From IMG/VR virus record IMGVR_UViG_3300042888_001055: DNA of 64,000 nt; one strand, written 5' to 3'. The notes beneath the pieces were generated by a model. That model was not told the DNA's origin and searched no databases. It was given only the letters and a program-made list of their open reading frames with translations. Source of the stretch: a virus. Of this stretch, positions 22,701 to 32,900 are shown piece by piece; the first letter of the stretch is position 1; every line of letters begins with the position of its first letter. The position numbers and the translations under genes were made by a program.

Positions 22701-23977
22701 GTTAAATTACCACCAAACACACCATTACCTGATACCGATACATCTGTTAATGTGCCTAAACTTGTTATGTTTGGTTGTGCATTAGTATATACTGTTCCGG
22801 AAATTAATGCATTGCTTACTTGACCGGATACATTAGCAGCCTGAATATTACTTAAGTTATTACCGGCTCCACTAAAGAAATTAGCAGTAACTAGATTACC
22901 TAAATTAGCATTACCACCTGTAATATTACCAGTTACCGATAGACTAGTTAATGTACCTACACTTGTAATGTTTGGTTGTGCATTTGTATATACTGTACCA
23001 GAAACTACACTGTTACCTACTTGAATATTTGCAACATTTGCATCAGTTACAACGATATTACCATTCATGCCTCCATGAACAGAGCATTGATATTTGTAAT
23101 TACCCGTTATGCCATACGGAACTTTCCAATATAGTGTCCCTGCTATTTGTCCTTGTGCTGCCGAAGCAGTTAATACCGTGCCCGTAGTATCAACATATTC
23201 TAAACCAGTACTATAATTTGCTCCACCGCTTGTTTGAATTAAGAATGGATGACCTGATACATTTAAATTAAATGCTAATGTTTGGCCGCTAGTAATGTAT
23301 ATTGCAGGATTTAGCGTGGCGCCATATTGATCAAATAGATATCCAGAAGCTCCACTAGCAGTAACATTTAGCCGTGTTGTACCTTGTAGATATAGTTGAT
23401 CAGTGGTTAATCCAGCAGTGCTAAAAGTTGTAATATTGCCAAAAGTTAACGCACTCAATTCACTGCCGTTACCACTAAAGAAATTAGCTGTTGCTAAGTT
23501 ACCTAAATTAGCATTGCCAGAAGTTATATTACCTGTACCAGTAATTTCCCCACTACCAAAATCTAAGTTACCAACTGTTGCGTTTCCTGATATATTTAAT
23601 GTACCGGCTATATTAGCCCCTGTACCAGTAACTACCATAGTAGTATTGCCAACAGCACTAAAGTTTATATTACCATTGGCAGTTGGTATATTTACGTTGC
23701 TATTACCATTACTAATATTACTTGTACTACCGCCACCGCCTGATTGAGCAACCCAAGATAGATTACCTGCACCATCTGTTTGTAATACATATCCATTAGT
23801 ACCGCCGGTAATAATGACATTACCAACAGGGCCTAGATTTGCTGAATTTGTTAACAAAGTCAGTGAAGTTGTTACAGATAAGTTAGCGACAGTAGCGTTG
23901 GCAGAAACGTTCATACCGTTAACTGTATAGTTACCGGATGTCTCTATTCCTGATGGTTTAATTACTGTCAATGCCAT
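19745..23977 (-). CDS. Fibre stalk protein (1410 aa) with two cupredoxin-like domains
   Basis: Stalk modules; two GHPF...YQCS(V/I)HGGM domains; VDNFTGNGVQT domain; hydrophobic end LISPFLLMGA. Confidence 0.8.
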   Translation of the reverse strand: MALTVIKPSGIETSGNYTVNGMNVSANATVANLSVTTSLTLLTNSANLGPVGNVIITGGTNGYVLQTDGAGNLSWVAQSGGGGSTSNISNGNSNVNIPTANGNINFSAVGNTTMVVTGTGANIAGTLNISGNATVGNLDFGSGEITGTGNITSGNANLGNLATANFFSGNGSELSALTFGNITTFSTAGLTTDQLYLQGTTRLNVTASGASGYLFDQYGATLNPAIYITSGQTLAFNLNVSGHPFLIQTSGGANYSTGLEYVDTTGTVLTASAAQGQIAGTLYWKVPYGITGNYKYQCSVHGGMNGNIVVTDANVANIQVGNSVVSGTVYTNAQPNITSVGTLTSLSVTGNITGGNANLGNLVTANFFSGAGNNLSNIQAANVSGQVSNALISGTVYTNAQPNITSLGTLTDVSVSGNGVFGGNLTVNGTLTYINSTTLSISDPIINLQTGPNGAAPVANTGKDVGTALNYYDTSAKIAWMGWDISNAEIAFGSNVGISSEVVTFTELANIRSGNAILGNLANANYFIGNGSLLTGVTTASISNGNSNVNIPLANGNINFSAEGNANILVVTGTGANITGNLTTTNIITGNGAGGNIINANVISANTFIASGNVTAGNANLGNLAIANFFSGAGNNLSNISAGNVTGQVANALIAGTVYTNAQPNITSVGTLTSLAVSGNVTASILVSNVTTGTAPFTVTSTTQVANLNVATAGTVTTNAQPNITSVGSLTGLTVSNATGVVDFTTTANVTLGAVGNLHISGGTNAYVLSTDGSGTLSWVAQSGGGGGGSNISNGNSNVNIPVANGNINFSAVGNANVMVITGTGANISGTANVTGNLSAGNIIAGNGSGGNITNANVISANTFIASGNISAGNANLGNLVTANFFTGDGSALSALTFGNITTFNTAGLTTDELYLQATTRLNVTASGTSGYLFDQYGATINPAIYVTSGQTLAFNLNVSGHPFLIQTSGGANYSVGLEHVTTTGTVSTTTSAQGQIAGTLYWKIPYGIVGNYKYQCSIHGGMNGNIVVTDANVANITVGLATFATTANAVAGGNVSGQVSNSLISGTVYTNAQPNITSTGSLIGLTVSNATGVVDFTTTANVTLGAVGNLHISGGTNGYVLSTDGSGALSWVAQSGGGSGSNISNGNSNVNIPAANGNINFSAVGNANVVVITGTGANISGTLNVTGQSNLGAVGNVVITGGTNGYVLSTDGSGALSWVAQSGGGGGGSNISNGNSNVNIPSVNGNINFSAVGNANVMTITGTGANISGYANITGNIALSGANVSLGNVSNLHITGGSNTFVLSTDGSGNLTWAAASGTSIGVDNFTGNGVQTAYTLTSTPANANATLVSIAGTFQPRTVYSLTGNVITFSSAPPNTAPIEVTTFTAGNAGGGGITAQDLISPFLLMGA

Positions 23978-23997
23978 TATATCTTGTCCTTATTATG

Positions 23998-24004
23998 TAT
24001 TTAG
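23998..24004 (-). promoter_or_regulatory. Putative late promoter (CTAAATA)
   Basis: TAAATA core in the gap upstream of 23977. Confidence 0.6.
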
Positions 24005-24010
24005 TTCTTA

Positions 24011-27000
24011 TTAAAAGATCGGGAATGCACTTGTTGCTGGTGTGAAGTTACTTGTATAACGTGCATAACCTTTTGTTATTCTTAAATCGTCTAGGTAACC
24101 ATACAATGGAGCTGAAGATACGTCAGACATAATACCAACAAATAATGATTGTGTTGTTCCTGAATAAGTGAAACTGTCAGAAATAGTTGTACCAACTATT
24201 GTTCCATTAACAAAAAATCTTCCAGTGGAACCTGTTCTACAATATGTTACATGTGTCCAAGTGTTAATAGGTATCGCAACAGTTGTGCTACTAGCTTTAT
24301 TTCCAGAAGTTGAATTAAAATACAATGTATATGGTCCAGTACCATTTAAATAAAATCCCCAAGGGCCAGTACCGGTAGAATTATTATAACCAAAACTAGC
24401 AATAGTTTGATTACCTGTTCCTGCAGCCGATGTTAAATATATCCATGTTTCTACAGTGAAGTCACCAGGCAATGAATATGCAGGATTGTATGGTGCTTTT
24501 AAATAGTCGCCCGTACCATCAAAACTCATACTGCTTCCGCCAAACTTACTTACTGCTGTACTTAGTTTTGCATCACCGACAGTTTCCATGTTATTCATCA
24601 TTGCGGCATCGTATATACCAGCACTGGTCATATTGTTTAGTAATACTGTATTTTGCACTGCTAATAGTGGAGCTGCGGATGGTACAAAGTTACTTGTGTA
24701 TAGCGCAGTACCGTTTACTACACGAACATCGGCAATATTTCCAGTCATAACATAATTTGAACCTTGACTACCAATAGTTGTACTTGTTATACCTAAATTA
24801 TATGCTGTTGAATTTGTTTGAGTAGTACCTTGCTGTACTCCATCAACAAATATTTTCATACTTGTACCGCTTCTTGATATTGCTACATGCTGCCATGCGT
24901 TTAATGTTTTTGAAGTTGCAGGTTGATAATCCCATGCGACCCCAGCCCGACCCCAGCCATATCCACCGGTAGAAGGTGCATATCCAAAAAATAATCCGTT
25001 TGTTCCGCTAGCACTAATAATAAACCAATCAGTTGTTAATTGTGCTGGGTATACCCAAGCTTCAATTGTAAAATTGCCTGTACCAAAATTAAATGCCGCA
25101 TTTGTAGGAATAGTCAAATAATCCCCGGTACCATCAAAGTAACCACTACCGCCGATTGTACTTACCGTATAGCCATTTGTTAATGCACTAGTAACACCGA
25201 ATGGATTTTGTTGTGTTGGTTGACTATTACCAACAGCAGTAATCGTAAAGTTGTTAGTACTGTTATCTATAAATGTTGGTGATTGTAATGTTAATAAACT
25301 TGTACCAGATATTGCTGTTAATGGACTTGTTGGAACTGTTATAGTTGATTGTGTTGGATCATATACAGCCGTTCCAACAACAATTCTAAAATTACTAATA
25401 TATCCCGTGTAGTAATTAGTTAAGTGAGCGCCAATTCGAAGTATTTCAGTATATGAATTAGTATTTACAACGACCCCTGTAGACGACCTAATGCCATTAA
25501 CAAATACAGTAGTAGAGGATCCGCTTCTAACCCATACTATATGGTTCCAAGTATTTAATGAAATTGTCGAAACAGTAAAGGTAGTAGTTCCTGTACTATC
25601 TTGTATAGTAACGGTTGTAGAACTTGCAATTCTTCCAACTAATCTTCCGCCGACACTGTTTGTTGTTCCAAACACATACATATCTGCGGTCAAGGTAGTT
25701 GTAGCATATACCCAACACTCTATAGTAAATGAGCCTGTTGTAATATTAGTTGCAGGGCTTGTTGCTAATAGTAAGTAATCTCCTGTACCATCAAAATAAC
25801 CACTATAACTTGTTGGGGTTACTATTGATGGATTGAATGGACTGAAACGTTGTACTGAAACATCGCCGTTCTTTGTGAGAGTAAAGTTGTTTATACTGTC
25901 ATCAACTAATCTATTGTCCGCACAGGTTAATAGTTGTGTGTTAGTGATAGGTGTTAATGGTGTGGTGCTTGGGGTAAACGCACTTGTATAAAGTGCAGTT
26001 GTGTTATTAATACGAATGTTTGACAAATATCCTGTTATAAATGAGCTTCCACTAGAATATGCTCCGATTCCAAGTGCCTGAGTGTAATTAAAATTAGCAG
26101 ATGTTTGAGATGCAGTGAGCGCACCATTTATAAAAAATCTAACGGTACTACCAGACCTTGAGACAGCAAAATTAACCCATTGATTTGTTACCGCACTTGA
26201 ATTGCCGTTTAAAAAAGAACTTCCATCGTATGCGCCAAATCCACGCTGATATCCATATTCAATATACCAACCAGCTGAGCCATTCCCGCCAACCAAAACA
26301 CCAAATTGAGAGGTAGAGAGTAAATATACCCAGCCTTCAATAGTAAAGTCTCCGCTAAAGTTTGATATTGACGCAGATGATGGAGTTGTCAAATAATCAC
26401 CAGTACCATCAAAGTAGTTACTCCAATTACCACCATAAGGACTAAATGTACCTTGAGTAGTATTACCGTTGCGAGTTACAAAAAAGTTATTTGTACTGTT
26501 ATCTAAGAATACATTATTGTTTACTGATTGATTGTTTTGTAATGTTAATAAACTTGTATTTGCTATTGCGGTTAGTGGAGCTGAGGGTGGTGTGAATGTT
26601 GTTGTGTAAACTGCGGTGCCTTTTACTACACGAACATCGGTTATATAACCATTAAAATAACGATAACCAGATTCAAATGGAAATGCTCCAATCGTTAAAC
26701 CAATTGATGAATTTGTTATTGCACCCACACTTGCAAAACCGCCCGGATTTAGCAAAGTTCCATTAAGAAATGCGTATCCGACCCCAGACGACACTGTCAT
26801 GGCAACGTGATACCAAGTATTTAATAAAGTAGTTGATGTATAATCATAAAATTTTTCCGTAGAAGTTGATCCAGTGGTATTAAAATAAAATCTAAAGACT
26901 GTAGCACTTATTCTTCTGACACCAAAACCTTGGGCCCATGATCCATCAGTGTAATAATACCCTTTAAATATCAAACCACCATCAGAATTTGATTGTGAAA

Positions 27001-28852
27001 AAAACCAAAATTCTACAGTATAATCTCCCGATCCCATTTCAAATGCCGCATTGTCAGGAATACTCAAGTTGCTACTGCTGCCATCAAAGTATCCACTACC
27101 ATATGTACTATAACTACTGTTTGGCACGAACGGATCAAATGAACTTATTGAAGTATTACCATTAACTGTTATAGCAAAGTTGTTTGTACTGTTATCTATA
27201 AATCTATTAGATTGGCAGGTTAATAATTGTGTGCCAGATATTGCAGTTAATGGTGTTGTAGGTGGAGTGAAGGCTGATGTATAAACTGCTGTTCCTTTAA
27301 CCATTCTAAAATTAGATAAATATCCTAAATACGGATATGTGCTACCATCTGAATTAATACCTATATACACCGATCCAGTAGTACAAGTATAATTAGTGCT
27401 ATCAGTATAGTTAGACCCTGATTGTGTTCCATTGATATAAAACTTGGTAGTACCCGATGATCTAACCAAAGCCACATGGATCCAAGTGTTTGTTGTTATT
27501 GCGCCGGCGGCTGTAGTATTTCTTGCATTACCATTTTGACCCAAGTTATACAAAGTTCCCGCAGAATCAACCCATAAAATTAATCTGCCAACACTATTGC
27601 CATCCACAACATCTAAAATTTGCCTATAACTTACTAAAGATGTTTGATAAACCCAAAATTCAACAGTAAAGTTTTCGGAACCCATACCAAGTGAAGTGTT
27701 ATTTGGTACTGTTAAGTAATCACCAGTACCATCAAAATAATTACTATAATAGCCCGGTGTATATGGATTAAAACTATTTGGCTTTGTATCACCATTAATA
27801 GTTACCGCAAAGTTATTTGTACTAGCATCATCTACAAACGTTGTACTTGCTCCCGGTATCAATAATGTATTATACTCAAAGTATACATCATTGGCTACAC
27901 TGATAACCCAATTGATAGTTATAGATGATAACTCACTTGTAGTATTTGCTGTTGCTGTTAACAATGAACTACTATTTGCTTCTACAGTAGGTGTTCCTGA
28001 TATGTTTGCACCAGTTAAACTTAATCCAGTTGGTAGTGCATTAGCAGTGTATGTAATTCCCGAACCAACAGCACTAGTTGCACTTAATACTACATTAGAT
28101 ATAGCACTGTTAGTTGCACTGGTATATGTTGTTCCATTAGCTGGACTAACCCATGTTACTACATCAGGGGTAATAGTTAAACTAAAACTACGATTAGTAT
28201 CTTGTAGTTCCGCATCTGTTGCTCTAACAGTAAATGTGTATGTTGTAGGGCTTGATAACAACTCACTTGTACCAGTAATTGTTCCATTACTATTAAAAGT
28301 TGCACCAGGTGGTATTGATCCACTAAACAAACTATATGTTATTGGTGCATCACCTGTTGCAGTAACTGTTTGATTAAAACTAGCAGTTTCATAAACATTT
28401 CCCAAACTACCAGCGGCTGTTGTCCATGTTGGTACACCACTATACTGAATACCCGGGATAGCAATCGCAGTTCCACCATCTGTGTTTATAACATACAATA
28501 CATAACTACCTGCACTGTTAGCTGGACTTGTAAATGTAATAGTTGTAGAACTTACAACTGATACTACACCCACTGCACTACCATTAATCAACACACTTGC
28601 GCCAACCAAGAATCCACTACCAGTTAGTGTAATAGTTTGTCCACCTGCAGGATCGGCTGCAGTGTCATCTCCTGGATATCCTATAGTAGATACTTTTGGA
28701 GTGATAATTGTTGCTCCAGTAACTGTAACGTTACCTAATATTAAATCATTTTGAACAAAAGCATTACCAAATTGATTAGATGTATTACCTAAACTAGTAT
28801 TAGCCGGTGGGTTAAAAATATTTTGATTTTTTAACTGATAGTAATCTGCCAT
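24011..28852 (-). CDS. IPT/TIG + Ig-like + 6 LamG domain protein (1613 aa), paralog of 14622-19409
   Basis: Colinear domain order, near-identical linkers, C-terminus GYARYTSNFTPATSAFPIF. Confidence 0.85.
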   Translation of the reverse strand: MADYYQLKNQNIFNPPANTSLGNTSNQFGNAFVQNDLILGNVTVTGATIITPKVSTIGYPGDDTAADPAGGQTITLTGSGFLVGASVLINGSAVGVVSVVSSTTITFTSPANSAGSYVLYVINTDGGTAIAIPGIQYSGVPTWTTAAGSLGNVYETASFNQTVTATGDAPITYSLFSGSIPPGATFNSNGTITGTSELLSSPTTYTFTVRATDAELQDTNRSFSLTITPDVVTWVSPANGTTYTSATNSAISNVVLSATSAVGSGITYTANALPTGLSLTGANISGTPTVEANSSSLLTATANTTSELSSITINWVISVANDVYFEYNTLLIPGASTTFVDDASTNNFAVTINGDTKPNSFNPYTPGYYSNYFDGTGDYLTVPNNTSLGMGSENFTVEFWVYQTSLVSYRQILDVVDGNSVGRLILWVDSAGTLYNLGQNGNARNTTAAGAITTNTWIHVALVRSSGTTKFYINGTQSGSNYTDSTNYTCTTGSVYIGINSDGSTYPYLGYLSNFRMVKGTAVYTSAFTPPTTPLTAISGTQLLTCQSNRFIDNSTNNFAITVNGNTSISSFDPFVPNSSYSTYGSGYFDGSSSNLSIPDNAAFEMGSGDYTVEFWFFSQSNSDGGLIFKGYYYTDGSWAQGFGVRRISATVFRFYFNTTGSTSTEKFYDYTSTTLLNTWYHVAMTVSSGVGYAFLNGTLLNPGGFASVGAITNSSIGLTIGAFPFESGYRYFNGYITDVRVVKGTAVYTTTFTPPSAPLTAIANTSLLTLQNNQSVNNNVFLDNSTNNFFVTRNGNTTQGTFSPYGGNWSNYFDGTGDYLTTPSSASISNFSGDFTIEGWVYLLSTSQFGVLVGGNGSAGWYIEYGYQRGFGAYDGSSFLNGNSSAVTNQWVNFAVSRSGSTVRFFINGALTASQTSANFNYTQALGIGAYSSGSSFITGYLSNIRINNTTALYTSAFTPSTTPLTPITNTQLLTCADNRLVDDSINNFTLTKNGDVSVQRFSPFNPSIVTPTSYSGYFDGTGDYLLLATSPATNITTGSFTIECWVYATTTLTADMYVFGTTNSVGGRLVGRIASSTTVTIQDSTGTTTFTVSTISLNTWNHIVWVRSGSSTTVFVNGIRSSTGVVVNTNSYTEILRIGAHLTNYYTGYISNFRIVVGTAVYDPTQSTITVPTSPLTAISGTSLLTLQSPTFIDNSTNNFTITAVGNSQPTQQNPFGVTSALTNGYTVSTIGGSGYFDGTGDYLTIPTNAAFNFGTGNFTIEAWVYPAQLTTDWFIISASGTNGLFFGYAPSTGGYGWGRAGVAWDYQPATSKTLNAWQHVAISRSGTSMKIFVDGVQQGTTQTNSTAYNLGITSTTIGSQGSNYVMTGNIADVRVVNGTALYTSNFVPSAAPLLAVQNTVLLNNMTSAGIYDAAMMNNMETVGDAKLSTAVSKFGGSSMSFDGTGDYLKAPYNPAYSLPGDFTVETWIYLTSAAGTGNQTIASFGYNNSTGTGPWGFYLNGTGPYTLYFNSTSGNKASSTTVAIPINTWTHVTYCRTGSTGRFFVNGTIVGTTISDSFTYSGTTQSLFVGIMSDVSSAPLYGYLDDLRITKGYARYTSNFTPATSAFPIF

Positions 28853-28862
28853 GTTTTATACC

Positions 28863-29879
28863 TTAAACGTTTGTTAATATCCAACCTTGGGCAGCATTAT
28901 AATATACCAATGTAAATGCTGAACGGTTAGTTGTTACTGTCATATCTGACGCTGTTCCTTGAATGTTACCACCATTTCTTCCAACTGTAATTGCATGTAC
29001 ACTTGCATTGCCAGTACCATCAATGATACCAACTTCAGTACCTAATGACGGGCTACCCGGAAGTGTAACTGTTATATTAGAAGTATTGGTGTTAACTATA
29101 TATTTTGTGTTTGCTGATGCTGAGGTGTTTGCTGTAATTTCTACATATGTGTAACCAGCTGCTCCATTGCCGCCGCCTCCACTACCCAAATTAAATGTCA
29201 TTACTTCAATAGCGGCGCCACTAACTGGTGCACTACTTAACGTAACGTTTGCTCCGGCAACAGTATATGCTGAATGTAATTGACTTACACCATCAATATT
29301 GATAATTGTATAATCTTCTGATGTTGGTGAGGTAGTTAGTGTAAATACTGTTTGTACTCCATTGCCAGTGAATGTGTCAATTACTATATTAGATCCGGCT
29401 GTTGCTGCCGATATCCAACTTAGTGCACCAGCACCGTCGGTACTTAATACATATCCGTTAGCACCGCCGGTAATTACTACATTACCAACAGCACCCAAAT
29501 TAGTTTGTCCGGTAATATTCAATGTGCCTGATACATTAACACCGGTACCGGTAATTACTGCTACATTGGCATTCCCGGCAGAACTAAAATTTATATTGCC
29601 ATTAACTGCTGGGATATTTACATTACTTGTACCATTAGATATACCAGCAATGCTACCACCCTGACTAGCCCAAGATAGATTTCCAGTACCATCAGTTTGT
29701 AATACATAACCATTAGTGCCGCCAGTAATTTTTACATTACCAACATCACCTAGATTTGCTAAACTTGTGACACTAATATTTCCAATAAAGTAATTTGCCT
29801 GCACGTTTGCATTAGCAGAATGCAATGATATATTTCCGGTCGTGAGGCCGTTCTTTACGTTAAAATATTTAAATGACAC
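28863..29879 (-). CDS. Short fibre stalk or joint protein (338 aa, GTG start)
   Basis: KYFNVKNGLTTGNI N-terminus, IDTFTGNGVQT domain, C-terminal ITVTLP..P..G...IID...FTLVY....GW fibre domain. Confidence 0.75.
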   Translation of the reverse strand: MSFKYFNVKNGLTTGNISLHSANANVQANYFIGNISVTSLANLGDVGNVKITGGTNGYVLQTDGTGNLSWASQGGSIAGISNGTSNVNIPAVNGNINFSSAGNANVAVITGTGVNVSGTLNITGQTNLGAVGNVVITGGANGYVLSTDGAGALSWISAATAGSNIVIDTFTGNGVQTVFTLTTSPTSEDYTIINIDGVSQLHSAYTVAGANVTLSSAPVSGAAIEVMTFNLGSGGGGNGAAGYTYVEITANTSASANTKYIVNTNTSNITVTLPGSPSLGTEVGIIDGTGNASVHAITVGRNGGNIQGTASDMTVTTNRSAFTLVYYNAAQGWILTNV

Positions 29880-29912
29880 AGTTCCATATTCCCTGTTTTA
29901 CGAATTGTATTA

Positions 29913-29940
29913 TATTTATCCCCCATTTAAGGGGGATAAA
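29913..29940 (-). promoter_or_regulatory. 10-bp hairpin overlapping a putative late promoter ATAAATA
   Basis: TTTATCCCCC-ATTTAA-GGGGGATAAA at 29915-29940; ATAAATA on the minus strand at 29919-29913. Confidence 0.6.
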
Positions 29941-29945
29941 TTTGA

Positions 29946-32900
29946 TTAAGTTTTGATGTACGTACTAACTAAATTGACTTTTAAGTTTGCACTAGCTCCA
30001 GTCGCATACACCGATACATTTCCGGATACTCCGTTAATATTACTTGATAATTCAATAATATCAGCAGTGTTATTACTACAAATGCTACCATAAATTGTAA
30101 TATAAGCTGTAGTACCGTCATGTATCAATAGTGTTTCTACTGATTGGAATCCATCATCACCTGATGCACTAATAATATATTTCGCTGTTCTAAATGTACC
30201 TGGGGCAAATTGATCAACAACTGTATTAGTAGTTACTACTACATTTGAACGATTACTTGTTAATCCACCGTTAAGAGCAACATAGTTAGCAGTTAAGTTA
30301 CCAAAAGTAGTTGCACCTGTTACTATTAATGTACCTACATTAGCAGTACCAGCAGTGCTTATGTTACCACCAGATATATTACCAGTAACATTAGCTATAC
30401 CACTAATGCTTATATTACCGCCGGATATGTTACCGGTTACATCTAAACTTGTTAATGTACCAACGCTTGTGATATTTGGTTGAGCATTAGTTGTTACTGT
30501 GGCCGCTGTACCCGCCGTTGCTACATTTAAGTTAGCAACCTGAGTAGTAGATGAGACTATGAACGGTGCAGTACCAGTTGCTATTATAGAAGTAAATGTA
30601 TTAGCAGATATATTATTAACATTACTAATATTACCACCTGAACCAGATGTTGTTATATTACCAGCAGTTAAATCCCCAGTAACATTTAATGTGCCTGCTA
30701 TATTAGCACCGGTACCAGTAATAACAACTACATTGGCATTGCCAGCAGAGCTAAAGTTTATATTGCCATTAACTGTTGGAATATTTACATTACTTGTTCC
30801 GTTACTTATACCTGATGAGTTGACTGAGACAAAAGACAATCCACCAGAACCATCTGTACTTAATACTTGACCACTTGTTCCACCTGATATATGTAAGTTA
30901 GCTACTGCGCCTAATGTAACATTAGCTGTAGTTGTAAAATTAACTACACCGGTTGCATTGCTTACTGTTAATCCAGTTAAACTGCCAACACTTGTAATAT
31001 TTGGTTGAGCCGCAGTTGTTAGTGTACCTGTAAAGAAATTAGCACTTACTAAGTTAGCGCCAGTGATGTTACCGGCAACTAAATTACCAGTGATATTAGC
31101 TGTACCAGATATGTTAGCACCAGTACCAGTAACCACCAATGTAGTGTTACCGGCTGCAGTAATATCAACGTTACCATTAACTGTTGGAATATTTACATTA
31201 CTAGTTCCGTTACTTATACCTGATGAACTTATTGAGATGAATGACAATCCACCTGAACCATTTGTGCTTAGTACTTGACCATTAGTACCGCCGATAATTG
31301 TTATATTACCAACTGCCCCTAAATTACTTGTACCAGTAACTGCCAAAGTCCCTACATTAGCTGCTCCAGCTGTACTTATATTACCACCAGATATATTACC
31401 TGTTACAGTTAAACTTGTTAGTGTACCAACTGAAGTAATATTTGGTTGAGCCGCAGTTGTTAATGTACCTGTAAAGAAATTAGCACTTACTAAGTTAGCG
31501 CCAGTAATGTTACCACCTGAGCCTGCGCCTGTACTGATATTACCAGCACTGATGTTACCGGTAACTGTTAAATTACCTAATGTTCCAACACTTGTTAAAT
31601 TACTAGTAACAATATTTGCATTCAATGCAGTACCGGTTAAGTTAGCCGCATTAGCAGTAATTGCTGTGTTAGATGCCGCTGTTAGTTGACCTTGTTGATT
31701 AACTGTAAATGTTGCTACAGCATCACCACTACCGTATGAACCAGAAGTAACTGCTGTATTACTAATACTAAATTCATTGCCAGTTAATGTCAATCCTGTA
31801 CCAGCTATGTATGAACCAGCTCCAGAGAATTGTACCCAAATAATTTGTGTTGTACCAACTGTTATTGGTGTATTTGCAGTAGAAACCCAACCTGTATCTG
31901 CATTATATGTACCTTGTTCAACAAAGGTAAATGCTCCTGCCATTTCAGTACCAACGTCAAAATCAGTTGAACGTGTTAATATGAAGGGAGCCGCACCTGA
32001 ACCAACTTGTGTTACTACATAGATACCATTGAATGCGGCTGATTGTGTTGTAGTATTAACAAATGCACCAACTTCATTCTTTATCAAAACACGTTCATTG
32101 AGAGATGGAGTTGATCCGTCAATACTTAATGCGCCGTTTGAAGAACTAGTAATTGTTGCTCCAACACCACTTGTTCCATTATTGTATGTGTATCCACTAC
32201 CAAAAATACTTGTTGTAGTAGCATATACTACTGATGCCTTAGGATCTAGTCCTTGGGCAACACTATCAACATATGCTTTAGTAGTAGCATCAGTATCATT
32301 AACTGGTGTAGCAAGACCTGTAATGTTAAAGCTATTCATACTAACATTACCACCAAAACTACCTGTTCCAGTTGCAATCAATACTGCTGTACCCAAGTTA
32401 CCAACGTTAGCATTACCGGTAACACTTAATACACCGGGTGTAGTTAAATTACCAACGTTAGCATTGCCACTTACAAGTAATGATGTTAGTGTACCCAAAC
32501 TAGTAATGTTACCCTGTGCGTTGCCTGTTACTGTGACTGCGAATGTTGCATTACCAACAGTACCAGTAACATTTGCACCAGCAATATTTGTTAAGCCTGC
32601 ACCATTACCTGTAAATATACCTGTATTAGCGGTAATGTTAGCGGCAGTGATGTTTCCATTTACGTCAAGACCAGTTAATGTACCAACACTAGTAATATTA
32701 GCTTGTGCGGCACCTGTTACTGCTACTGCTAAACCAGCTGTTGCTACATTTAAGTTAGCAACCTGTGTTGTTGAAGTAACAACAAACGGTGCTGTGCCAG
32801 TAGTTATAATAGAAGTAAATGTATTAGCAGATATATTATTAGCACCGGTAATGTTACCAGCTGAACCAGCTGTTGTTATATTACCTGCAGTTAAATTTCC

